Shown here in pieces: positions 1-9,108 of a stretch of 20,793 bases of DNA. Position 1 is the stretch's first letter. Every line of letters begins with the position of its first letter. Source of the stretch: a virus; IMG/VR virus record IMGVR_UViG_3300031760_004315; one strand, written 5' to 3'. The notes under the pieces were generated by a model that was given only the letters and a program-made list of their open reading frames with translations, did not search any database and had not been told where the DNA came from. A program made the translations under genes and the position numbers.

Positions 1-132
1 CTAACATTTTAATAATATATAGAGAGAAAATAGGCTGTTCCTTAAACTCCATTTAACTACAGCGTTATACGAACTCGCCACTATCACATTGGCTTCCTCA
101 GTCTGTCGTAGCACCTTTTTCTTTATGTATAT

Positions 133-161
133 ATTATACCAAAATTTTTATAACTTTTCAA
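133..161 (-). promoter_or_regulatory. sigma-70-like promoter, TTGAAA-17-TGgTATAAT, reading toward the window start
   Basis: Minus strand reads TTGAAAagttataaaaattttggTATAAT. The spacer is exactly 17 bp and carries the extended -10 TGn. It lies immediately downstream of the ligA stop and would drive the next minus-strand gene beyond position 1. Confidence 0.55.
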
Positions 162-172
162 CTAATGACAGC

Positions 173-2122
173 TTATTCTTTCATTTTAAGATACTCTTCT
201 TCTGTGATTATTTTTACTCCTAATCTCTGAGCATCTTTATTTTTACTAGTCCCACTATTTGGTGTGTTAGTTATAAGGTAATCTATGGCGGAAGTTACTG
301 AGCTTACTAATTTACCTCCATGCGCTTCAATATCAGCCTTAAGACTATTCCTAGTGAAGTTTTGAAGTTTCCCTGTTGCGCAAAACTTTTTATCTTTAAG
401 TGCGGCGGTCGGAGTTACTTCATTCTGGATCTCTGGCTGTGCAAAGTCTAGCATTCCCGCAATTTCATCATATATAGAAAAATTAAATGAATTAATAGCA
501 TTATTTATTTCAGGTCCGAATCCTTCAAATTCAGTCCAATCACCGCCAACAGCCTCCCTAAATTCTTTCCAGCTAGAATAATAATTTACAATGCTCTTGG
601 CGACTGTTCTACCAACCAAAGGTATCCCAATAGCAGAAATATAATTAGCTAATACAACATTATGTTTACTCTCCTCAATAGCATTTAATATTTTATCAAC
701 AGAAGCAATCCCAAAACCAGGTTTTTTAATCCATTCTTCTCGATATTCTTTTAATGTATATATATCTTTAATATTTTTTAACCAACCCCATTGAATTAAT
801 TTCTCTAGAGTTGCTTTAGATATTCCTTTAACATTAAGACCTTTAACACCTAAATAGTGGTCAGCAATATTAGATATTTTACCCATACAACTAGGATTAG
901 TACATACTATGTTCAAGACTCCTGTCTCTGATTCTACTATTTCTGTAGGTTCTCCACATATAGGACAGTTAGTACAAATTCCATTGTCTAAAATATGGTC
1001 ATGCGGGATATCATTCTTCTGCGCTCTAGATATCTGAGGAATTATTTGGTTCTGTTTAACTACCCAGATTGGTTGACTCTTTTCTGGATATAACCCCAAC
1101 GTTTCTCTCATAATAGAGAGATTATGCATTGAAGCTCGATTACAAATTGTACCATCTATTTCAGTATCTGTATATATAGCTACTGGAGTCAACACACCTG
1201 TCCTGCCCATAGACCACTCTATATCAAGTAATTCCGCATCATATTCTTCATCATAAAATTTGAAAGCCAGCGCATTTTTTGCGTGATGTTCAGTTTGACC
1301 AAGTGATTCACCTAGCTTTTTACTTTCAAATTTGAATACATATCCATCAATAGGATAAATGTTATGCTCTTCCATCTGGTCTAATATCCTGATTGCATCT
1401 TCTACTGTTTCAGCATCGCCAACTCTAGGAACAGTAATAAAACCCCAGTCATCAAGTTTCTCTAATCTCCAAAAATTGAAATCAATATCTGAACATCCTT
1501 CAACTAAATTCCAAGCTACAAATGTTAAATTGCGGGAGGCGCATATATTTGAACTTAATTGTCTAATTGAACCAGCTGCGAAGTTTCTTGCTGTCTTATA
1601 ATCATCACTAAATTTTTCATTAAAAGTTTTTAAATCACAAATTATCTCACCATCAACAATAGCTCGATCTAAATATGGTATTGATTTAGGAATTGAAGGA
1701 ATAACCATAGCATTATGAGTTATATCATCTCCTTCTATTCCATGATGACCTCGTGTACTAGCTTCAACAAGCTGTCCATTCTCATATATTATTCGGCATG
1801 ATAATCCATCCATCTTGAACATTGCATACCAATCATTTCCACGAACAAAAGAAGAGACACTATCTATATCTTTTGTTTTATCTAATGATAACATAGGCGG
1901 ATTGTGGATAACTTTATTTAATTCTGTTTTAACTTCATAATTAATTGATTGAGTTGGAGAATCTGGATAAATAATCCCTGTTTCCTGTTCTAAATTTGCT
2001 AATTTAAAATACATGCTATCCCAATCTTTATCACTTATAATTGGAGTTCCTTTATCATATGCTTCAGTATATTCATTTAATAAATTAATTAAATTTCTTA
2101 TATCTTTAGATTCTTGATTCAT
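173..2122 (-). CDS. ligA: NAD-dependent DNA ligase (LigA-type)
   Basis: 649 aa. Adenylation motif KxDG (FKMDGLS). Four-Cys zinc finger (CTNCPICG...CTNPSC). C-terminal BRCT-like segment (KKFCATGKL...GGKLVSSVTSAIDYLITN). Length and domain order match LigA. RBS AAGGAG upstream of the ATG at 2122. Confidence 0.9.
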   Translation of the reverse strand: MNQESKDIRNLINLLNEYTEAYDKGTPIISDKDWDSMYFKLANLEQETGIIYPDSPTQSINYEVKTELNKVIHNPPMLSLDKTKDIDSVSSFVRGNDWYAMFKMDGLSCRIIYENGQLVEASTRGHHGIEGDDITHNAMVIPSIPKSIPYLDRAIVDGEIICDLKTFNEKFSDDYKTARNFAAGSIRQLSSNICASRNLTFVAWNLVEGCSDIDFNFWRLEKLDDWGFITVPRVGDAETVEDAIRILDQMEEHNIYPIDGYVFKFESKKLGESLGQTEHHAKNALAFKFYDEEYDAELLDIEWSMGRTGVLTPVAIYTDTEIDGTICNRASMHNLSIMRETLGLYPEKSQPIWVVKQNQIIPQISRAQKNDIPHDHILDNGICTNCPICGEPTEIVESETGVLNIVCTNPSCMGKISNIADHYLGVKGLNVKGISKATLEKLIQWGWLKNIKDIYTLKEYREEWIKKPGFGIASVDKILNAIEESKHNVVLANYISAIGIPLVGRTVAKSIVNYYSSWKEFREAVGGDWTEFEGFGPEINNAINSFNFSIYDEIAGMLDFAQPEIQNEVTPTAALKDKKFCATGKLQNFTRNSLKADIEAHGGKLVSSVTSAIDYLITNTPNSGTSKNKDAQRLGVKIITEEEYLKMKE

Positions 2123-2153
2123 TAATTATCAACTCCTTTTTTATTATATAAAT

Positions 2154-2182
2154 ATTATAATATAAATTTTTATAAAAGTCAA
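2154..2182 (-). promoter_or_regulatory. proximal ligA promoter, TTGACT-17-TATAAT
   Basis: Minus strand reads TTGACTtttataaaaatttatatTATAAT, followed by the conserved ATTTATATAA start region and the RBS AAGGAG. Confidence 0.6.
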
Positions 2183-2193
2183 TATATAAAAAT

Positions 2194-2230
2194 AAAGGTT
2201 AGATAATTCTTTTTCCATTATCTAACCTTT
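2194..2230 (-). terminator. intrinsic terminator hairpin after gyrA
   Basis: Inverted repeat aaaggttagataat / attatctaaccttt with a 9-nt loop. On the minus strand it is followed by the T-rich run ATTTTTAT. Confidence 0.6.
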
Positions 2231-2236
2231 TAAAAA

Positions 2237-2265
2237 ATTATATCAAAAATTTTTTATTTTGTCAA
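2237..2265 (-). promoter_or_regulatory. distal promoter, TTGACA-17-TGaTATAAT, directly upstream of the terminator hairpin
   Basis: Minus strand reads TTGACAaaataaaaaatttttgaTATAAT, a perfect -35, 17-bp spacer and extended -10. The predicted start site falls at the base of the 2194-2230 hairpin. Confidence 0.5.
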
Positions 2266-2273
2266 GTTGATAT

Positions 2274-4619
2274 TTATTTAAATTTAGTAATTGATTTTAC
2301 TAAATTATCTTTAATAACAATTGTGCCGAGTGCTGCTTTTCCTTGTGTTGAAACATCCTTAGCTGAGATGCATATAGATGTTTTACTACCACTAATAAGA
2401 ATATTATCTTCATCGGAAAGCATTGCGGCGCCCGCAATGCTTACTCCTGGATTAAGTTTGTAACAGATCGTGCCTTTTCCACCTCTGCCTTGAAGAGGGA
2501 ACTCGTTAAGATTAACTTTTTTGCCCATTCCATCTGAAGTAAATAATCCTATCATATCAGTATCTTTATGGATAGGAAGAGCTGTTACTACTTCATCGCC
2601 TTCATTAAGATTAATTCCTTTTACTCCAGTTGCCGCACGTCCAATAGCTCCAATATCTTTTGTACTAAATTTAATACTCATACCATTCTTAGTTATAATG
2701 ATTATATCCTCATCATCCTGGAATGACACTTTAGCTACAGAATCACCTTCTTTAAGTTTTAAAGCAGCGATTCCCGCATTCTTTCTAGCACCAAGATATT
2801 CAGTTAAGAAACTCTTTTTAATTAATCCTTGCTTAGTTACAAAGATAGCAAACTGCGGAAGTTTCTGTCTATGAAGTGAAGTTACTGCTATTACTTTTTC
2901 ATTAGGTTCTAGTTTAATAAGACTATTAATTGGAACTCCTTTTGTTGTATTAGTTCCATCAGGAATATTATCAACAACGCATCTATACATGCGGCCCGCC
3001 TGTGTGAAGAACATCATATAATCAACTGTGTTTGTTTTAATAGCAGACATTATTGCGTCATCAGCTGATTTGACGCCTTTTCCACCGCGCTTTTGTATTT
3101 TGAAATTAGATACAGGAACTTTCTTAATAAGACCACTTTCTGTTGTTACCACAACTACATCAACAGGAACTACTTCAGCGATCTCTTTTTCTTCCTTTGG
3201 AACTTCAATTTGCATAAGTTGAGTGCGTCTTACATCTCCATATTTTTCAACAATTTTTTCAAGTCTACGTCTTATTTCTTTCTCTTGTAGTTCTTTAGAT
3301 TGAAGTAATGTTTCATAATCAGCTATGTTATCAAGAAGTGAATTTTTTTCATTCTCAAGTTCAATTTTTTCCAATCTAGCTAAACTTGATAATCTCATAG
3401 CTAAAATAGCTTTTGCTTGAGCTTCTGAAAGATTATACTTCTCGATTAAAGAAACCTTAGCCGCCGCACTACTTTCACTCTTTTTAATTAATGCAATTAC
3501 ATTATCAATGTCCTCAAGAGCAATAAGCAGTCCTTCAACAATATGTAATCTTTCTTTTGCTTTATTTAAATCAAAATTAACTTCTTTAACTAAACAATCT
3601 ATATTATGATTAATGTATATTTCAATACACTGTTTAAGATTTAATTCAGTTGGAGTTTTATCTATTAATGCTACCTGATTATATGAAATAGAGGTCTGAA
3701 GATTTGTTTTTGCATAGAGTTTCTGTGCAATACTATCTAAGTTCACTCCTTTATTACATTCAATAACAATTCTTAATCCCTTTTTATTACTTTCATCACG
3801 AATTTCTTTAATTCCATCTATTTCTTTAGCATCACAAACTTCACCAATTTGTGCCATTAATCCCTCTACTGTTTCTCCATAAGGAATTTCATAGAAAACA
3901 ATATTATTTTTTTCAGTTTTATATTGACCTCTTACTTTTACTGAACCATGACCTGTTCTCATAATTCCAGGAATATCATTCTTATTGATAATAATTCCAC
4001 CTGTTGGGAAGTCAGGTCCAGGTAAAGTTACTTCTTTACCATCTATATAATCATAAATAGCCTGAGCTACTTCATTCAAATTATGTGGGAGCCAGTTACA
4101 AGCCATTGCAACACCAATTCCTGTATTTGGATTGCACAAGAGGTTAGGAAAAATTGCGGGAAGGGTAACAGGTTCTTCCATTGTTTCATCAAAATTAGGA
4201 ATAAAATCAACATTTTTCTTTTTTAATCCTTGAAGCAGACCATCTTCCGCCAATTTACTAAGTCTAGCTTCTGTATAACGCATATGAGCTGGACCATCTC
4301 CCATTTGATTACCATTATTACCATGCCAATCTATAAGAGGATATCTTAATACCCAAGGTTGAGATAATCTTACCATAGCTCCATAAATTGAAGAATCTCC
4401 ATGAGGGTGATATTTACCCATTACATCGCCTACTATACGAGCAGCTTTGACGTGTGGTTTACTAAATAATCTTCCTTCTTCATAAGCAGACCATAATATT
4501 CTTTTTGCAACAGGTTTGAGACCAGATTTAGCATCGGGAATCGCGCGGTCCGTGTTACAAGCTACGGCATATTCAATAAAATTTTTACCTAGTTCATTTA
4601 TTACATCATTCTGCATCAT
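2274..4619 (-). CDS. gyrA: type IIA topoisomerase subunit A (GyrA/ParC-like)
   Basis: 781 aa. GyrA signature AARIVGDVMGKYHPHGDSSIYGAMVRLSQPW...YPLIDWHGNNG. The active-site Tyr sits in the HMRYTEARLS context. The C-terminal region resembles a beta-pinwheel domain. The protein is shorter than canonical GyrA, so ParC-like or a phage topoisomerase II large subunit is possible. Confidence 0.9.
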   Translation of the reverse strand: MMQNDVINELGKNFIEYAVACNTDRAIPDAKSGLKPVAKRILWSAYEEGRLFSKPHVKAARIVGDVMGKYHPHGDSSIYGAMVRLSQPWVLRYPLIDWHGNNGNQMGDGPAHMRYTEARLSKLAEDGLLQGLKKKNVDFIPNFDETMEEPVTLPAIFPNLLCNPNTGIGVAMACNWLPHNLNEVAQAIYDYIDGKEVTLPGPDFPTGGIIINKNDIPGIMRTGHGSVKVRGQYKTEKNNIVFYEIPYGETVEGLMAQIGEVCDAKEIDGIKEIRDESNKKGLRIVIECNKGVNLDSIAQKLYAKTNLQTSISYNQVALIDKTPTELNLKQCIEIYINHNIDCLVKEVNFDLNKAKERLHIVEGLLIALEDIDNVIALIKKSESSAAAKVSLIEKYNLSEAQAKAILAMRLSSLARLEKIELENEKNSLLDNIADYETLLQSKELQEKEIRRRLEKIVEKYGDVRRTQLMQIEVPKEEKEIAEVVPVDVVVVTTESGLIKKVPVSNFKIQKRGGKGVKSADDAIMSAIKTNTVDYMMFFTQAGRMYRCVVDNIPDGTNTTKGVPINSLIKLEPNEKVIAVTSLHRQKLPQFAIFVTKQGLIKKSFLTEYLGARKNAGIAALKLKEGDSVAKVSFQDDEDIIIITKNGMSIKFSTKDIGAIGRAATGVKGINLNEGDEVVTALPIHKDTDMIGLFTSDGMGKKVNLNEFPLQGRGGKGTICYKLNPGVSIAGAAMLSDEDNILISGSKTSICISAKDVSTQGKAALGTIVIKDNLVKSITKFK

Positions 4620-4905
4620 CGGCCTCCTTAAATTTCTTTTTAAATTCTTTTCTTTTTAAACAAGTATTCATTTTTTCTACCCATCTATCTTGCACTTCTA
4701 AGAATCCAACTCCCCAAGGCGTTTCACTTAATACTTTAACATTATAAAACATTAAGACCTCTCGAACAGATATTGCATAAAATTCAGTTATTTCATTATA
4801 AGTAAACTCATTCCCAAATCTGTGGGCTATATATTCCAATCTTCGTGGAATAGAAAATTGATTTTTTAATTCCCATTTTTTGTATTCTTCATATCTAAAA
4901 GTCAT
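4606..4905 (-). CDS. hypothetical 99-aa protein between the topoisomerase subunits
   Basis: The ORF starts 4 nt after the gyrB stop and overlaps the gyrA start by 14 nt, which suggests translational coupling. I recognise no family for it. Confidence 0.5.
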   Translation of the reverse strand: MTFRYEEYKKWELKNQFSIPRRLEYIAHRFGNEFTYNEITEFYAISVREVLMFYNVKVLSETPWGVGFLEVQDRWVEKMNTCLKRKEFKKKFKEADDAE

Positions 4906-4909
4906 ATCA

Positions 4910-6820
4910 TTACTCCTGATTATATGTAGCTTCTTTACTATGCTCTTTAATAAATTGCTTACGACACTGTACCCCAGTTCCCATTAACTGCTCAAATAAA
5001 ATATCTGTAGCTTTAGCATCTTCAACATTAATCTGTTTAATAATTCTATTACTTGGATCAGTCAATGTTTCTTCAGTTTCTTCTACTGACATTTCACCAA
5101 GACCTTTAAGACGATTAACTTGATATTTTTTTCCTTCATTTTTCTTTCTAAAATCTTCAAGTGCTTCATCATTTTTAAGATATTTGTATTCTTTTCCTAT
5201 TGTTATTTTATACAGTGGTGGAACTCCTGCATAAACATATCCTTCTTTTATCAATTCTGGACAAAAATTCCATATAAAAGTATAGAAAAGATTTTTAATG
5301 TGCGCTCCATCGACATCGGCATCTGACATAATAATAATTTTACCATAACGCAAATCTTCTTTATCATAAGTCACCTTCATTGTTTTAGGATCTATTCTTA
5401 ATCCAAATGCTTCAATCATAGTCATAATTTCTGCATTTTTTTGTATCTGAGCAAGAGTTGCTTTTTGAGTATTTAATATCTTACCTCTTACGGGTAATAC
5501 AGCTTGAAATTCATTATTTCTTGCTAATTTAATATTACCACTAGCACTATCACCCTCTGTGATATATATTTCACATTTCATTCTATCCTTTGAATAACAA
5601 TCAGCTAATTTAGTATCAAATTTAAGAACTTTCTCTTTTTTCTTTTTTTCAGTTTCGCGGGCAGCATCTCGTGCTTTCTTAGCTGCTTCTCGTGCTTTTC
5701 TAGCGGAGACCGCCTTATCAAAAATTATTTTAATATCTTTCTCATTATAACTTAACCAAGTTTGAATATTTTCAGCTAATACTCCAGTAAAAGGACTCAT
5801 ATCAAGCTTAACTATTCGACTTTTTGTCTGAGCATCATATGATACTCCAGGAGCTGTGATATTAAATGCAATTAACATTCCCTCTTGTATATCTGAACCT
5901 TCAAGGTTACTATCCTTGTCTTTAAGCCAACCTTTTTCTTTAAAGAATTTATTAAACTCTCTTGTTATAAGAGATTTAATCTGAGTTATATGAGGTCCAC
6001 TATCTGTTTCTCCGGTGTTAACATAACTAATCATATTCAGTGAATAATTAGTTGTATATGTTAATACGAAATCAAGTTTATTTTTATCTTCAATAAAATT
6101 AATATTTAATCTATTGTTAATTATTTCATTATCTTTTGCAATATCATTAACAAGATCATTTAATCCATTTTCTGAATAATAAGTAATTTTATCTTTTCCA
6201 TTATGAGTTAAATTAATTGTTAATCCTTTACAAAGACAAGTTAATACATGAAATAATTTCTTAATTCTATCTACATCAATCTGAGGATGAGTAAAAAATT
6301 CTGCACTTGGTTTCCATTCGACAATAGTACCAGTATGGAAGTTTCCTTGTTCACCAACAATTCTATCTGAAAATATACCTTCTGTAAACTTAATCATTTC
6401 AGATTTTCCATCTCTAAAAGTTCTTACTTCAAGCCAATTACTAAGATAATTAGTTAATTTAGAACCAATACCATTTAAACCTAAAGCAGTTCCTTCATAA
6501 ACTCCATCATCTGTAAATTTACCTGAAGTATTTAATACATCAAAAGAAGCTTGAAGAACAGTTTCTCCATCTTCACGCATAACATTAACAGGAAATCCCT
6601 GTGCAAAATCTTCTACTTTACATGAACCATCATCTTTATAATCTACATTAATTACATCACCATGCCCAGCTGCAAATTCATCTACTGCATTAGAAACAAT
6701 TTCTATAAGTAGCTGTGTACTATACTCGGTGCTACCTGCATATACACCAGGTCTAAGTCTAGTGAAGTCACGAGGCGAGAGTGATTGAATACTATCATTA
6801 TTATATAATTTATTCATCAT
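4910..6820 (-). CDS. gyrB: type IIA topoisomerase subunit B (GyrB/ParE-like)
   Basis: 636 aa. GHKL ATPase N-terminus (RLRPGVYAGST; LGLNGIGSKLTNYLS). Toprim motifs EGDSA (YITEGDSASGN) and DxD (IIIMSDADVDGAHI). It lacks the ~170-aa insert of proteobacterial GyrB, which gives the Gram-positive GyrB / ParE length. Confidence 0.9.
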   Translation of the reverse strand: MMNKLYNNDSIQSLSPRDFTRLRPGVYAGSTEYSTQLLIEIVSNAVDEFAAGHGDVINVDYKDDGSCKVEDFAQGFPVNVMREDGETVLQASFDVLNTSGKFTDDGVYEGTALGLNGIGSKLTNYLSNWLEVRTFRDGKSEMIKFTEGIFSDRIVGEQGNFHTGTIVEWKPSAEFFTHPQIDVDRIKKLFHVLTCLCKGLTINLTHNGKDKITYYSENGLNDLVNDIAKDNEIINNRLNINFIEDKNKLDFVLTYTTNYSLNMISYVNTGETDSGPHITQIKSLITREFNKFFKEKGWLKDKDSNLEGSDIQEGMLIAFNITAPGVSYDAQTKSRIVKLDMSPFTGVLAENIQTWLSYNEKDIKIIFDKAVSARKAREAAKKARDAARETEKKKKEKVLKFDTKLADCYSKDRMKCEIYITEGDSASGNIKLARNNEFQAVLPVRGKILNTQKATLAQIQKNAEIMTMIEAFGLRIDPKTMKVTYDKEDLRYGKIIIMSDADVDGAHIKNLFYTFIWNFCPELIKEGYVYAGVPPLYKITIGKEYKYLKNDEALEDFRKKNEGKKYQVNRLKGLGEMSVEETEETLTDPSNRIIKQINVEDAKATDILFEQLMGTGVQCRKQFIKEHSKEATYNQE

Positions 6821-6849
6821 TTTTTTCCTTTCATTTTATTCTATATAAT

Positions 6850-6878
6850 ATTATATCATAAATTTTTTTAAAAGTCAA
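6850..6878 (-). promoter_or_regulatory. proximal gyrB promoter, TTGACT-17-TGaTATAAT
   Basis: Minus strand reads TTGACTtttaaaaaaatttatgaTATAAT. Confidence 0.6.
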
Positions 6879-6920
6879 GTTTTTATCTTCTGTATCTAAA
6901 CTCTATTGAACTATATATTA

Positions 6921-6949
6921 ATTATAACATAAAAAATGATATTTTTCAA
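6921..6949 (-). promoter_or_regulatory. distal gyrB promoter, TTGAAA-17-TGtTATAAT
   Basis: Minus strand reads TTGAAAaatatcattttttatgtTATAAT. It sits ~70 bp upstream of the proximal promoter, giving a tandem-promoter arrangement. Confidence 0.5.
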
Positions 6950-6971
6950 ATATGTTTGTAAAAAATGGGCA

Positions 6972-7004
6972 TAAAAAAGAGGCGGAAGGAAAAACTCCTT
7001 CCGC
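6972..7004 (-). terminator. intrinsic terminator after the endolysin gene
   Basis: 9-bp stem gcggaagga / tccttccgc with a 5-nt loop. It lies immediately 3' of the endolysin stop (7005) and is followed on the minus strand by TCTTTTTTAT. Confidence 0.75.
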
Positions 7005-8561
7005 TTAAACTTTTTCAGTGTATTTTAGATTAATGTATCCATTTTTATCTTTTTGATAAGATTTTAATAATCCCCAATCTCCATCCTCTTCAACTATTGT
7101 GTATGCACTTCCTCTTTTGACTTGAAGAACAATAGGATAGTTAGTTCCAGGGCCAGAACGCACATTAAGTGTATCTGCGGTTACGCGTACTAAATATGAC
7201 AACTCCTTTTGAGTAGAAGTCGTACTAGTCGAATCTACTTTTTTCGTATAATCTAGGCAAATCCATCCTGCCCCACTAATCAATCGGCCCCATCCATCTT
7301 GTTCCTCAACAATAGTATAAGCAGAACCTTTATTTACAGTTCTATTAATAGAATAAATTGTCCCAGGGCCAGAGCGTACATTTAATGTATTGGCTGTAAT
7401 ACGAACAACATATTTAACTGACTCTCCTCCTGAAATAACATCTTGTGCGGAAATGCTAGATTGAACGCTAACAGGTATCTGGGTTCCCGCATTTATATTA
7501 TTTAGAAATTTATTCCAGTTATTTAAAGCTTGTTCATTTTTACACCAAGGCTGTGGGCAAGCTTTTCCAGTTACTTGATGGTGCATTATAACATGACTCT
7601 TATCAATATTATAAAGCTGTAATAAATATGTAGTTAATTGTTCTGCCATTTTTTGTGTTTTTTCAGTAATATACCAATCATCATCAGTTGCGGCTAAAGA
7701 AGCTTTATTTGTTTTATTACTGCACATTTCTATGCTAATAGAATTAGCATTTTTGCATTGTCCATAATATTGACCAGATTGACTAGTAGTTTTATTACTA
7801 TATTTATTGCCGCCAACCGCCCAACAATAATAGTTTAAAGGATCTGGATTATATTGAACGATAGTTTCATCATCAACTATAAAATCGGCAGAAGCTTGAT
7901 TAGTAGTTGTAGAAAAATAAGCTGCTGTATTTTGTGCAGAACCTCTAGTAGAAGTAGTTCCCGCAGTATAATGTAAAACTATCCATTCTATCTTTCTACT
8001 GTTACATTTAGTAGTATTATGTGTATTTGTTTTTTGAATAATACTAAGTGCAGAAGTCTGGACAGATGACGATGTAATATCTTGCAATCCTGTGTCATAT
8101 TGAGTTAAATTCCATTTTTGAACTACATTATATACATTTTGGACATAATTAATAGAAGTTGCATATCCAGCAGTCTTAATGGCTTGTAAATAATTTAAAG
8201 GATTGTTTGCTTGTTTTACTTGAGCATATTTAGCAATCGAGATAAATTGATAATACCCCTCGATACAAGCATCATAACTTGGGAATGAATACCACGCAGT
8301 ATTAGATGGGAGTTGCGTATAAACTCCATTGGGGCTTTGTTCACTTCCGCCATTTTCAAAGTAACCGTTGTTTGTAGTAATTCTATTAGGTCTATATTTA
8401 AGTCCTAATAAGTTATTACCGTGAATAGCTTTATAACTAGTGCCATATCCACTCTCAAGACAAGCTTGTGCAATGGCTGCGCTAGCTATTTTATACCCAT
8501 ATTTTTTAGCATATTTAACAAATATTGGAGCAATTTGTTTAATAAATTCTTGATTAGTCAT
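7005..8561 (-). CDS. three-domain endolysin: GH73 glucosaminidase + Amidase_2 (PGRP-type) + two SH3b cell-wall-binding domains
   Basis: The N-terminus (AQACLESGYGTSYKAIHGNNLLGLKY) matches the FlgJ/AcmA glucosaminidase motif. The middle (IEWIVLHYTAGTT...KACPQPW) matches N-acetylmuramoyl-L-alanine amidase. The C-terminus carries two ~60-aa SH3b-type repeats (Y[VL]VR[IV]TA[ND]TLNVRSGPGT...GSAYTIVEE.DGWG.L). RBS AAGGAG. Confidence 0.9.
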   Translation of the reverse strand: MTNQEFIKQIAPIFVKYAKKYGYKIASAAIAQACLESGYGTSYKAIHGNNLLGLKYRPNRITTNNGYFENGGSEQSPNGVYTQLPSNTAWYSFPSYDACIEGYYQFISIAKYAQVKQANNPLNYLQAIKTAGYATSINYVQNVYNVVQKWNLTQYDTGLQDITSSSVQTSALSIIQKTNTHNTTKCNSRKIEWIVLHYTAGTTSTRGSAQNTAAYFSTTTNQASADFIVDDETIVQYNPDPLNYYCWAVGGNKYSNKTTSQSGQYYGQCKNANSISIEMCSNKTNKASLAATDDDWYITEKTQKMAEQLTTYLLQLYNIDKSHVIMHHQVTGKACPQPWCKNEQALNNWNKFLNNINAGTQIPVSVQSSISAQDVISGGESVKYVVRITANTLNVRSGPGTIYSINRTVNKGSAYTIVEEQDGWGRLISGAGWICLDYTKKVDSTSTTSTQKELSYLVRVTADTLNVRSGPGTNYPIVLQVKRGSAYTIVEEDGDWGLLKSYQKDKNGYINLKYTEKV

Positions 8562-8575
8562 TCTTTTTTGTCTCC

Positions 8576-9058
8576 TTATCCAACAGCATTATTATCATTA
8601 TCTTGTTCCTTTTGTTGCTGTTCCCAGCCATATTTTAATTCATACATAGCAGTATCATGCACTACTCCGCCTTCAGTATTTTCAGCTTTGGATTTATTAC
8701 AATAAGTCCAATATGAGATTGTCTGTCCAATTACTGCACCTATTAATGCAACAAGAGGAGTTAAATCAGGACTCATTCCAATTGCAAAAGCAAGAGAGAA
8801 AGATTGTAGTGTTACCCATCCAATAAAAATTTCAAGTATAGTGAAATTAATAAATAAAAAGATAAGTAGTATTTTGCTCCAAGATGGCAATTTTATCTTC
8901 TTCTTTTCATTTTCAATTTCTTTCTTCTCTTGTTCTATTTTATTTTCACGTAATTTAATTGGTTTGAGCTGTAGCCACAATTTTTCTTGAAAATCGATAT
9001 CTTCTTTATCTTTTTTAAATTTTCTTAATTGTATAAAACGTTTAAAGAAATTCGCCAT
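8576..9058 (-). CDS. holin-like membrane protein (candidate)
   Basis: 160 aa, ending 14 nt upstream of the endolysin start. It has two hydrophobic helices (ILLIFLFINFTILEIFIGWV; LTPLVALIGAVIGQTISYW) after a charged 60-aa N-terminus and before an acidic C-tail. The call rests on position plus topology only. Confidence 0.4.
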   Translation of the reverse strand: MANFFKRFIQLRKFKKDKEDIDFQEKLWLQLKPIKLRENKIEQEKKEIENEKKKIKLPSWSKILLIFLFINFTILEIFIGWVTLQSFSLAFAIGMSPDLTPLVALIGAVIGQTISYWTYCNKSKAENTEGGVVHDTAMYELKYGWEQQQKEQDNDNNAVG

Positions 9059-9073
9059 AAAAATCCCTCCTTT

Positions 9074-9108
9074 ATAAAAAAGAAAAGAGAGGCGGGAAGC
9101 CTCTCTTT
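9074..9108 (-). terminator. intrinsic terminator after the PhoH-like gene
   Basis: Hairpin gagaggc-gggaa-gcctctc, extended by A/T runs on both sides (aaaagagaggcgggaagcctctcttttt). The arrangement is bidirectional-capable. Confidence 0.7.

Noticed and set aside
1-130. Possible tRNA in the relatively GC-richer segment at the window start (GTTCG-containing stretch)
   Set aside because: I could not fold a cloverleaf. There is no 7-bp acceptor stem, no proper D-arm or T-arm (GTTCGTATAAC does not form a 5-bp T stem) and no sensible anticodon arm. I kept it only as a low-interest leader/ncRNA note.
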